NCBI RefSeq assembly: GCF_037722395.1
Contig: NZ_JBBKAR010000033.1
Span: 433,390-497,389 of the forward strand
Origin: Saccharibacillus sacchari
Lineage (GTDB): Bacteria; Bacillota; Bacilli; Paenibacillales; Paenibacillaceae
Reading direction: 5' to 3'
DNA: 64,000 nt
The translations under genes were made by a program, and so were the position numbers. Below, piece after piece: positions 10,495 through 19,124 of the stretch. The notes beneath the pieces are model-generated. The model was not told the DNA's origin, did no database searches, and saw nothing but the letters and a program-made list of their open reading frames with translations. Position 1 is the first letter of the stretch. The number at the start of each line of letters is the position of its first letter.

Positions 10495-11274
10495 GTGATT
10501 CATACCGTTCATGCAACGCATATCGGAAACGTACGGAATGTCAACGAAGATTTGTCCTGGGTCGGACGGATCAAGCCTGGCGGCTATACGCTGGGCATCG
10601 TGGCGGACGGAATGGGTGGACATCTGGCCGGGGATACGGCGAGTCGCTTGACCGTCGAGACCATGGTCGCAGACCTGAGCGGTCTGGAGCCGGGGCTTTC
10701 CCCGGAAGCCTGCGAAGCCGCGCTTAGCGATGCGATTCTGCATGCCAACGAAGTGGTCTATCGCAAAGGCGAATCGGATATTCGGTATCACAATATGGGC
10801 ACGACCGTTGTGGCTGTACTGCTTAGCGGCGAACAAGGGATTATTGCCCATATCGGGGATAGCCGGGCGTATAAAGTCACTTTTTCCGGCATCGAGCGTT
10901 TGACCGACGACCATACGTTAGTCAACGAGTTGCTCAAAAGCGGACAGATCAGCGAAAAAGAAGCAGGTGCGCATCCCAGACGCAATGTATTGACGCGTGC
11001 GCTCGGCACAGATGCGGAAGTCAAAGTCGATCTCAGAAGAATCGTGCTCAAGCCAGGCGAAGGTCTGGTGCTGTGCAGCGACGGGCTGAGCAACTTCGTA
11101 GCGGAAGCCGAGATGCTGCGCACGGTAATCAAGCCGGGGGCAGCACTTGATGATCGCGCGCACAAGCTGGTTCGCATGGCGCTGAATTCCGGGGGCGACG
11201 ATAATATTACCGTGGCTTTGTTTGAAAACGGGCGCGTCGGTCAGGATGCAGCGACGAAGGAGTGGGTACAATGA
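10495..11274 (+). CDS. prpC: PP2C-family Ser/Thr protein phosphatase
   Basis: PP2C metal-binding motifs are present (…DGMGGH…, …GDSR…, …DGLSN…). It starts with GTG and overlaps the kinase gene that follows. Confidence 0.9.
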   Translation: MIHTVHATHIGNVRNVNEDLSWVGRIKPGGYTLGIVADGMGGHLAGDTASRLTVETMVADLSGLEPGLSPEACEAALSDAILHANEVVYRKGESDIRYHNMGTTVVAVLLSGEQGIIAHIGDSRAYKVTFSGIERLTDDHTLVNELLKSGQISEKEAGAHPRRNVLTRALGTDAEVKVDLRRIVLKPGEGLVLCSDGLSNFVAEAEMLRTVIKPGAALDDRAHKLVRMALNSGGDDNITVALFENGRVGQDAATKEWVQ

Positions 11275-13529
11275 TCGGTCAGGTGTTCAGCGGCCGCTAC
11301 GAGATTGTAGAGCGCGTAGGCGGCGGGGGAATGGCGCTGGTGTATAAGGCGCTCGACCTGCTGCTGAATCGCTTCGTTGCGGTCAAGGTGCTGCGCCAGC
11401 AGTTCATGCACGACGAAGAGTTTATTCGCCGGTTCCGGCGCGAAGCGCAGTCGGCCGCATCGCTGTCCCATCCCAACATCGTCAGCATTTATGATGTGGG
11501 CCAGGATGGCGAGGTTCAGTATATTGTGATGGAGTATATCGAGGGACGCGATCTGGATGAATTGATCAAGGAACGTGCGCCGCTGCCGGTTGAAGAAGCG
11601 GTCCGCATTGCTTCGCAGATTTGCGACGCGCTCGACCATGCCCATACTAACCAGATTATTCACCGGGATATCAAGCCTCATAACATTTTGATCGGCCGCA
11701 ACGGTCGGGTTAAAGTGACAGACTTCGGGATCGCCCGCGCGGTTACGTCGACAACGATCACACAGACCGGCTCCGTTGTCGGTTCGGTTCACTATTTCTC
11801 GCCTGAGCATGCCAAGGGCGTGACTGCGGGCGAAAAGTCGGACCTGTACTCGCTCGGTATCGTGCTGTATCAGATGCTGACGAGCGCGCTGCCTTACGAG
11901 GGCGAAAGTCCGATCAGCGTAGCCTTGAAGCATTTGCAGGATGAATATGAAGAGCCGCGCAAGCTCAATCCAACCATCCCGCAAAGCGTGGAAAATATTA
12001 TCGTGAGAGCGATGCGCAAAAACCCGTCGGAGCGTTATGCTTCGGCGGCCGAGATGCAGAGCGATCTTGACACCTGCCTGCTGCCTTCGCGCCGTGAAGA
12101 GCAGAAAGTACAGTTCGATGATGTGGACGATACGGATCGTACGCTGGTCGTGCCTGCAATCCGTTCTTCTTCGTACGAGCCTCCCGTTTCGGAGATGCAC
12201 CGAGGAGACAAGACGGACAAGAAGAAGCCGGCCGGTAAAAAGAATTGGAAAAAGCCTGCGATCATTATCGGTGCGACGCTGCTGTTTTTGGCAACCGTGT
12301 TGATCGTGGTGTTGTACGTTCGAGCGCAATTCGTCGTGCCGGAAACAACCGTTCCGAACGTGATTGGAATGACGGAGGAAGAAGCCCGAAGCACACTCGC
12401 TGCACGCAATTTGGAAGTTGAAGGTGTGAAGTACGAGTATGATCCTTCCACCGAAGCCGGAATCGTGTTCCGCCAGAGTAAACTGGAAGGGTACACGGTT
12501 AAGGAAGGAGCTTCCTTGCTGTTGACCGTAGGGTCCGAAAAGCCGTTAACGGCGATGCCAAAACTGACGGAATCGAATTACGATGAAGCGCGTCGGGATT
12601 TGGTAGCGCTTGGCGTGACGGAAGACCGGATTGTACGCGAAGAAGTTTTCGACGATGCCAACCCGGAAACCGTCATTAAGCAGTCCCCGGAGCAAGGTGA
12701 AGACTTTGATCCGGATCAAGCCACAGTGACATTGACAGTAAGCAAAGGCGTTGAAGAGAAGTCGGTGCCGGATGTCGTGGGCAAGACACGTCAACAGGCG
12801 CTCGATCTTATCAATGGTCAGGCGCTGGCGCCGTCGTCGACGGAAGAAGCAAGCTTCACGGTCGAAAAAGGCAACGTTATGAGTCAAAGTCCGGAAGCCG
12901 GAACCGAACTGAAACCGGGCGAAGTCGTGAAGTTTGTCGTCAGCTCGGGTATCCCGGGTGATGCGACCACCTTTATCTTGCAGGTTCCGGTAGAACCTTC
13001 GCAGGAAGGCGTAGCTACGAAAATCCGTTTGGAGTATAGCGACGCACGCGGAGACCGAATCGAGTGGGGAACCGATACAATCTCATCGCGTCGGATTTTC
13101 CCGGTATCTCTTGTGCTTGCGCCTAATCGAAACGGGGCGGTGTCGGTATACCGTGACGGACAGTTTGTGACTTCGTATACGGTCAATTACTCGGACGTTC
13201 AAAACGGCTCGTTCGTTCAACCGCAGTTCCCGGAAGAACAGCAGCCTGAACAAACGCCTCCTTCGGAAGAGCAGACGCCTGTAGATCCTCCGGCTGATAA
13301 CGGCGGTGACGCGGGTAGTACGGACGGCGGTAACACAGGTGACGGAACAGAAGCCGGAGATGGAGACGGTTCGCAGGTGGAGACACCGCCTGACGATACG
13401 CAGCAGGAAGGCGATGGGCAGACTGAAGGAGAAGAAGGCGGCGATCCGTCGGCATTCGCTCCTTCGGGCAAGCCCGTTGTTGCCGGAGCGGTAGTAAGCG
13501 TCTCGACTCGCGTGAACGGTAGATCATGA
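11271..13529 (+). CDS. prkC: Ser/Thr protein kinase with three PASTA repeats plus an Ig-like/acidic C-terminal tail
   Basis: Hanks kinase motifs are present (VAVK, HRDIKPHN, DFG, SPE). A transmembrane segment precedes three PASTA repeats, followed by a ~105-aa Asp/Glu/Gly/Pro-rich tail. Confidence 0.9.
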   Translation: MIGQVFSGRYEIVERVGGGGMALVYKALDLLLNRFVAVKVLRQQFMHDEEFIRRFRREAQSAASLSHPNIVSIYDVGQDGEVQYIVMEYIEGRDLDELIKERAPLPVEEAVRIASQICDALDHAHTNQIIHRDIKPHNILIGRNGRVKVTDFGIARAVTSTTITQTGSVVGSVHYFSPEHAKGVTAGEKSDLYSLGIVLYQMLTSALPYEGESPISVALKHLQDEYEEPRKLNPTIPQSVENIIVRAMRKNPSERYASAAEMQSDLDTCLLPSRREEQKVQFDDVDDTDRTLVVPAIRSSSYEPPVSEMHRGDKTDKKKPAGKKNWKKPAIIIGATLLFLATVLIVVLYVRAQFVVPETTVPNVIGMTEEEARSTLAARNLEVEGVKYEYDPSTEAGIVFRQSKLEGYTVKEGASLLLTVGSEKPLTAMPKLTESNYDEARRDLVALGVTEDRIVREEVFDDANPETVIKQSPEQGEDFDPDQATVTLTVSKGVEEKSVPDVVGKTRQQALDLINGQALAPSSTEEASFTVEKGNVMSQSPEAGTELKPGEVVKFVVSSGIPGDATTFILQVPVEPSQEGVATKIRLEYSDARGDRIEWGTDTISSRRIFPVSLVLAPNRNGAVSVYRDGQFVTSYTVNYSDVQNGSFVQPQFPEEQQPEQTPPSEEQTPVDPPADNGGDAGSTDGGNTGDGTEAGDGDGSQVETPPDDTQQEGDGQTEGEEGGDPSAFAPSGKPVVAGAVVSVSTRVNGRS

Positions 13530-13608
13530 AGCTTTTATACACAAACGGACAGGCGAGGCCGGACGAAAGTCCGGCCCGCTTCCGCTTTAAGACAAAGGAA
13601 GGTGAAGC

Positions 13609-14517
13609 ATGCCGGAAGGTTTGATTGTCAAAGCATTAAGCGGCTATTATTATGTGAAGGACGACGAAGCATCGCCTGGAGCGGCTGCGATTCAGTGTCG
13701 GGCCAGAGGTGTGTTTCGGATCAAAGGCAAGTCGCCGCTGGTTGGGGATCGGGTAGTCTATGCGCTAACGGAGAACGGAGAAGGTACGGTAACGGAGATC
13801 AAGCCCCGCTCGACGGAATTGATTCGTCCGCCTGTGGCTAACGTCAATCTGGCCGTACTGGTGTTCTCGGTCAAGGAGCCGGACTTGAATCTCAATCTGC
13901 TCGATAAATTCCTGGTGCATATCGAACATGAAGGTCTGGACGCATTGATCTGTCTGACCAAGATGGATCTGATCGCTGAAGACGATATCGCCACGCGCGA
14001 ATCTGTCGAACGAGCCAAGGCGTTGTACGCGTCGATCGGTTACGAAGTGCTGGAGACGAGTTCTCCCCAGGGGGTAGGAGCCGATCAGCTGCGGGAGCGT
14101 CTGCAAGGCGAAATCAGCGTCTTTTCCGGTCAATCGGGCGTCGGCAAGTCTTCGTTGTTAAACGCCATGTTCCCTAATCTCGATTTGCTCACAAGCGAAA
14201 TTAGCTTACGGTTGGGCCGCGGCCGACATACCACAAGACACGTCGAACTGGTGGAGTTGGGCAACGGCGGCTATATCGCCGATACGCCGGGATTCAGCCA
14301 ACTCGATTTTCTGGAGCTGGGCGTAGAGGAACTGGGAAGCTGCTTCCGGGAGTTCGCCGAGCTGTCGGAAGGCTGTAAATTCCGGGGCTGCACGCATCTG
14401 CATGAACCGGGCTGCAAGGTACGCGAAGCACTGGAAGCAGGCGAGGTCGCCGAGAGCCGTTATAAGCATTACGCTGCTTTTTACCAGGAGATGAAAGATA
14501 AAAAACGGAGGTACTGA
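13609..14517 (+). CDS. rsgA: ribosome small-subunit-dependent GTPase A
   Basis: It has the circularly permuted GTPase arrangement (…LTKMDL…, GQSGVGKSSL) and a C-terminal zinc-finger Cys cluster. Confidence 0.9.
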   Translation: MPEGLIVKALSGYYYVKDDEASPGAAAIQCRARGVFRIKGKSPLVGDRVVYALTENGEGTVTEIKPRSTELIRPPVANVNLAVLVFSVKEPDLNLNLLDKFLVHIEHEGLDALICLTKMDLIAEDDIATRESVERAKALYASIGYEVLETSSPQGVGADQLRERLQGEISVFSGQSGVGKSSLLNAMFPNLDLLTSEISLRLGRGRHTTRHVELVELGNGGYIADTPGFSQLDFLELGVEELGSCFREFAELSEGCKFRGCTHLHEPGCKVREALEAGEVAESRYKHYAAFYQEMKDKKRRY

Positions 14518-14519
14518 AT

Positions 14520-15185
14520 ATGGTATTGATTGCTCCTTCGATCTTGTCCGCGGATTTCTCGAAGCTTGGGGCTGACGTTCAAGAAGTAGAAAACGGCGGT
14601 GCGGATTGGCTGCATGTCGACGTCATGGACGGACATTTCGTTCCGAATATTTCATTTGGCGCGCCGATTATGCGTTCGATCGCACCGTTGACCCAACTGC
14701 CTCTCGACGTTCACTTAATGATCGAAAATCCGGAAAATTACATACCGGAATTCGCCAAAGCAGGAGCTTCGATCATTACCGTGCATGCTGAAGCTTGTGT
14801 GCATTTGCACCGGGTCGTGCATTTGATTAAGGAACAAGGTGCCAAAGCGGGTGTTGCGCTCAATCCGGGTACGCCGGTATCGGCGATTCGCGAAGTGCTG
14901 GAAGATCTGGATCTGGTCCTGATTATGACGGTTAATCCAGGCTTTGGCGGCCAGGCGTTCATCGAACGCACCGTGCAAAAGATTCGCGAAACCCGTGAAC
15001 TGGCGAATTCGCTCGGCTTGACCGGATTGCATATCGAAGTAGACGGGGGCATTGCGGCAGATACGGCGGCGAAGGTGGTCGCGGCAGGCGCAGACGTACT
15101 GGTTGCGGGCAGTGCCGTATACGGCGCCGCAGACCGTGCCGGAGCGATTCGAACGATCCGTGAGAGTGCGGAGCAAAGCGTATGA
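14520..15185 (+). CDS. rpe: ribulose-phosphate 3-epimerase
   Basis: The TIM-barrel epimerase signature is clear (…LHVDVMDGHFVPN…, …MTVNPGFGGQ…). Confidence 0.95.
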   Translation: MVLIAPSILSADFSKLGADVQEVENGGADWLHVDVMDGHFVPNISFGAPIMRSIAPLTQLPLDVHLMIENPENYIPEFAKAGASIITVHAEACVHLHRVVHLIKEQGAKAGVALNPGTPVSAIREVLEDLDLVLIMTVNPGFGGQAFIERTVQKIRETRELANSLGLTGLHIEVDGGIAADTAAKVVAAGADVLVAGSAVYGAADRAGAIRTIRESAEQSV

Positions 15186-15436
15186 ACAATTTTAAATCCA
15201 CGCTGATGCTTGCGTTGATTACTTCGGTTGTCGGACTGCTGATCGCTGTTTTTGCTTTTCTGCCGGTGCCTTTTAACGCATTGGTGGGTCTGCTTGCCGC
15301 AGGGCTGGTGGTCTGGTATTTCCGGAAGCTTGAAGAGCGGGGACCGAAGATTATGTTTATCGTTTTTGCAGTCGTGTATTTCTTGTTCTTCACGGTATTG
15401 ATCGCATCGATCCGCTACCGGATGGGCTTGATCTAA
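15182..15436 (+). CDS. small hypothetical membrane protein (2-3 TM). It occupies the position where thiN sits in Bacillus subtilis.
   Basis: An 84-aa hydrophobic ORF translationally coupled to rpe. No recognisable homology. Confidence 0.45.
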   Translation: MNNFKSTLMLALITSVVGLLIAVFAFLPVPFNALVGLLAAGLVVWYFRKLEERGPKIMFIVFAVVYFLFFTVLIASIRYRMGLI

Positions 15437-15487
15437 ACGAACGGCATGAATCGGGATTGGGTGGGAGTGGCACCTTTCCTGATATGC

Positions 15488-15534
15488 AAATAAGCCGCAA
15501 CGTTCTGCATTGCAGGAACGTTGCGGCTTATTTT
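15488..15534. terminator. bidirectional rho-independent terminator between the rpe operon and rpmB
   Basis: A perfect 18-bp stem, AAATAAGCCGCAACGTTC…GAACGTTGCGGCTTATTT, is flanked by A-runs and T-runs. Confidence 0.8.
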
Positions 15535-15649
15535 GTGCAAGGAACGTCGTGCGGCGCTCCGAAGCAGTCTTATGGCATTGATGCCACATAGGGCGATACA
15601 AACTAAAAAACACCTTCCGAAAGAAGGTGCTTTCTCGTCTATATCTGGA

Positions 15650-15838
15650 TTAAACGCGAGTTACTTTACCCGATTTAAGAGCACGGGTGCTAACGTATAC
15701 GCGTTTCGGTTTGCCGTTTACGAGGATGCGAACCTTTTGGACGTTAACTCCCCAAGTACGACGGTTGCGGTTGTTAGCGTGGGAAACGTTGTTGCCGGTG
15801 CTTGGTTTTTTACCCGATACAAAACATCTGCGAGCCAT
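15650..15838 (-). CDS. rpmB: 50S ribosomal protein L28
   Basis: A 62-aa protein [27 protein letters not shown]…. On the minus strand upstream are a TTGACG…TATGAT promoter and an AAGGAGG ribosome-binding site. The ORF track extends 15 codons further upstream. Confidence 0.9.
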   Translation of the reverse strand: MARRCFVSGKKPSTGNNVSHANNRNRRTWGVNVQKVRILVNGKPKRVYVSTRALKSGKVTRV

Positions 15839-16257
15839 GAATGACACCTCCTTGCTTAGATCAAACAACACTTCAAACATCATAACACAACAAAAAAAGC
15901 TCCGTCAACGGTTCTAAAAACTTTATTTATTTCTACGTAAGCTTATAGTACAATATTAGGTGGGGCCTTTTGCAAAATCTGCTTTGAAACGTTGCCCGGA
16001 TTTTGCAAAAGGCTCATGATGTGTGGGAGTATAAACGGAGTTACCTGTATGTATCCGGCAAAGGGTGGGTAATACCGTTTGAAGGGCCTGTACATCATCG
16101 CGGGGGACGGAAACCCGGTTTCCGGTGCACGCATGATAAGCATGGGCAAGCGAGCATAAGCGAGTGAACGTACAGGTTTAGACATCGAATAGAGAGCGGA
16201 CGTTTCCGAAATTTCGGCGTTTGCGTATCCAGTAGGTTTTAGGAAGGGGAATTTTCA

Positions 16258-18036
16258 TTGAGCAGGCGTTCGATTAACGGAACTGATTTTACAGGCATGG
16301 TATTGGCCGGGGCGGAGAAACTTTCGCGTCAGGCGGAGCATGTTAATGCGTTGAACGTATTCCCGGTGCCGGACGGCGACACGGGCACGAACATGAATTT
16401 GACGATGACGGCGGGGGTAAACGAACTTCGCGAGCGAAGCTCGGCTTCGATCGGCCAATCGGCTACCGTTTTGTCCAAAGGGCTATTGATGGGAGCACGC
16501 GGCAATTCCGGCGTTATTTTGTCGCAGTTGTTCCGCGGATTCGGCCGTTATGCGGCTTCGCACCAAGAATTGAATGCGATTCAATTTGCGGCGGCGCTTC
16601 AAATCGGGGTGGAAACGGCTTACAAAGCGGTCGTGAAGCCGGTCGAAGGGACGATTCTGACCGTCGCCAAAGAAGCGGCCAAGCATGCGGCTACCTATGC
16701 GCGCCGTACGACGGATGTTGTGGAATTGATGCGCGAAGTGCTTGCCAAAGCCCAATATGCGCTTGATCGCACGCCGGAACAGCTTCCTGTGTTGAAGCAG
16801 GTCGGCGTTGTGGATTCGGGCGGTCAAGGCCTTGTTTATATTTACGAAGGCTTCCTGGATTATCTGGAAAATGGGGCATCGGCAGAATCGGCTCGTCCGT
16901 CTGCCACGAGTGCTTCTACGGATGCCAAGCCTGCGGTTCCGGCAGCTGCTGCCGCAGCTCAAGCTTCGCATGTTCAAGCGTCCGCGCAGGCTCAACTGGA
17001 AACGGAAAACATCGAATTCCTGTATGACATGGAATTTTTCATCAACCGAGGACTAGGCGACGGGCCCCGGGATTTCTTCGATGACGAAGCTTTCCGGAAA
17101 GCGCTGTCCGTCAATGGAGATTCTATTATTATTATTGCGGACGACGATATCGTCAAAGTCCATGTGCATTCCAAAACGCCTGGCGAAGTCATGACACTCG
17201 CGCTGCGTTACGGCGAAATTACGCAAATCCATATCTTGAACATGCGCGAGCAGCACCGCGACCTGCTCCACGCGGGCATGGACGGAGCGGCTCCTCCGGA
17301 ACTGTTCGCCGATATTCCGGCACCGGCACCGGCTCCTGAAGAGCTTTCGGCTTTGCCGGCTGACGAAGTGGCTCCTTACGGCTTTATCGCGGTAGCAAGC
17401 GGAGCGGGCATCGAAGAAATCTTCAAAAGCCTCGGCGTAGATATTGTATTGTCCGGCGGACAAACGATGAATCCGAGTACCGAAGATTTCGTGAATGCCA
17501 TCGGGCAACTGTCCGCGCAACATATCTTCCTGTTGCCGAATAACTCCAACATCGTGCTTGCCGCGCAGCAGGCCCGCGATTTGCTCGAAGGCGAACGCCA
17601 GATTACTGTCGTTCCATGCAAAAGCATTCCGCAAGGCATCGCCGCGGCGTTGGCTTTCCAGGAAGAAGATTCCCCGGAAGCCAATGCGGAGCAGATGAAC
17701 GAAGCGATCAAACACGTGAAAACAGGCCAGATCACGCACGCCGTACGCGATACCACGTTCGACGATCTGGACATCACGGCCGGCCATTATATCGGCATCT
17801 TCAACTCCAAGATCGTCGCCACGGCCGAAGACCGCCTGACGACCAGCAAAAACCTGCTGGCAGCCATGGTCGAAAGCGGCGACGAAGTGATCACCTTGCT
17901 TACCGGCCAGGACGCTTCCGAATCCGAAACCGCCGAGTTGGCCGAATGGCTGACCGAACAGTACCCGGACGCCGAAGTCGAATTCCACACCGGCGGCCAA
18001 CCGGTGTACGATTATATGTTCTCGGTCGAAGCTTGA
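16258..18036 (+). CDS. DAK2-domain protein (YloV-like; DhaL-like kinase-related)
   Basis: The N-terminal DAK2 domain is recognisable (…NVFPVPDGDTGTNM…). It has a TTG start. It is the conserved neighbour of rpmB in Bacilli. Confidence 0.85.
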   Translation: MSRRSINGTDFTGMVLAGAEKLSRQAEHVNALNVFPVPDGDTGTNMNLTMTAGVNELRERSSASIGQSATVLSKGLLMGARGNSGVILSQLFRGFGRYAASHQELNAIQFAAALQIGVETAYKAVVKPVEGTILTVAKEAAKHAATYARRTTDVVELMREVLAKAQYALDRTPEQLPVLKQVGVVDSGGQGLVYIYEGFLDYLENGASAESARPSATSASTDAKPAVPAAAAAAQASHVQASAQAQLETENIEFLYDMEFFINRGLGDGPRDFFDDEAFRKALSVNGDSIIIIADDDIVKVHVHSKTPGEVMTLALRYGEITQIHILNMREQHRDLLHAGMDGAAPPELFADIPAPAPAPEELSALPADEVAPYGFIAVASGAGIEEIFKSLGVDIVLSGGQTMNPSTEDFVNAIGQLSAQHIFLLPNNSNIVLAAQQARDLLEGERQITVVPCKSIPQGIAAALAFQEEDSPEANAEQMNEAIKHVKTGQITHAVRDTTFDDLDITAGHYIGIFNSKIVATAEDRLTTSKNLLAAMVESGDEVITLLTGQDASESETAELAEWLTEQYPDAEVEFHTGGQPVYDYMFSVEA

Positions 18037-18249
18037 GTCAATAAAGCTTGAGTCGCGCCGTATTCAGCGCATCCATATTCTTTCGTTTTTCCCGCTACAC
18101 CCTAATCGGCCGTAAAAGGCCGGAATTGCTTTGAAAGTCTTTTCGATTCATTGAAGCCGCCGTGGCTTCAAACCGATCGGACAGGACTTTCAAAAAGAAC
18201 TCCGGCCAGCCTTAGGCCGCTGCCCCTAACTTAAAGGACGGTGACCCTC

Positions 18250-19113
18250 ATGAATCCGATTATCGTAACCGACAGCACATCCGATATTCCCGAAGAACTG
18301 ATCGAACGTCTCGGCATTATCGTCGTACCGCTTAAAGTCATGTTCGGTGATAAAGCGCTGCTGGACGGCGTTGATATCCAAGCGCCGGGGTTCTACCAAC
18401 GCCTTGTGGCCGCAGACAAGCTGCCGACGACATCGCAGCCTTCTCCGATCGAATTCACGGAGGCGTATCAGCGTGTGCTGGATCAGCATCCAGGAGCGCC
18501 GATCGTTTCGATTCATATCTCAACGGGCATGAGCGGAACCTTCCAATCGGCGACGCTCGGAAAGTCGATGCTGGAAAATGAGGATGCCGATATCACGCTG
18601 ATCGACTCGCGATCCGCTTCGTACGGGTTCGGTCTAATGGTGGTTCGTGCGGCGGAGATGGCGCAGGGCGGCGCTTCGCCGCAGGATATTCAAACCGAAG
18701 TGGAGCGTCTCCAGTCGGCGAGAAGCTTGTACTTCCTCGTCGATACGCTGGAGTATTTGCAAAAGGGCGGCCGTATCGGACGTGCAGCAGCTGTACTGGG
18801 TACTTTGCTGAATATCAAGCCCATCCTGTCGATTGACAAGGAAGGCGTCATTTACGCGGTAGAGAAGGTCAGAGGACGCAAAAAAGCGCTGGCTCTGGTT
18901 GTGGAACTGTTCAAACAGGAGCTCGGCAATACGGGTAAAGTCGACGTGGCGATCGGCCATACGGTAAAACCTGAATCCGCCGACGAAATCCTTGAACTGC
19001 TGCGTCAGCATTTCGAGGTCGGCAATGTCGTCTACTCGCATATCGGTTCCGTGGTCGGTACGCATGTCGGACCGGGCTGCAACGCGATCTATATCTGGCC
19101 TTCCGTTAAATAA
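18250..19113 (+). CDS. DegV-family fatty-acid-binding protein
   Basis: The DegV fold signature is present (…IVTDSTSDIP…, …ISTGMSGT…). Confidence 0.85.
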   Translation: MNPIIVTDSTSDIPEELIERLGIIVVPLKVMFGDKALLDGVDIQAPGFYQRLVAADKLPTTSQPSPIEFTEAYQRVLDQHPGAPIVSIHISTGMSGTFQSATLGKSMLENEDADITLIDSRSASYGFGLMVVRAAEMAQGGASPQDIQTEVERLQSARSLYFLVDTLEYLQKGGRIGRAAAVLGTLLNIKPILSIDKEGVIYAVEKVRGRKKALALVVELFKQELGNTGKVDVAIGHTVKPESADEILELLRQHFEVGNVVYSHIGSVVGTHVGPGCNAIYIWPSVK

Positions 19114-19124
19114 GGGAGAGCGCA

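Noticed and set aside
9571-12329. Minus-strand ORFs of 447 aa and 362 aa antisense to rlmN/prpC/prkC
   Set aside because: Same reasoning: they are fully nested antisense ORFs in GC-rich genes with no recognisable domains.
15975-15995. Candidate CcpA cre site (TTGAAACGTTGCC) in the yloV-like leader
   Set aside because: It does not fit the TGWAANCGNTNWCA consensus at the spacing-critical positions, with C/G displaced by one. It is more likely just the loop of the large palindrome.
15884-16257. Possible missing Asp23/YloU gene between rpmB and the DAK2 gene
   Set aside because: No ORF longer than ~18 codons exists on either strand in this interval. It is treated as a non-coding leader and reported as a finding.
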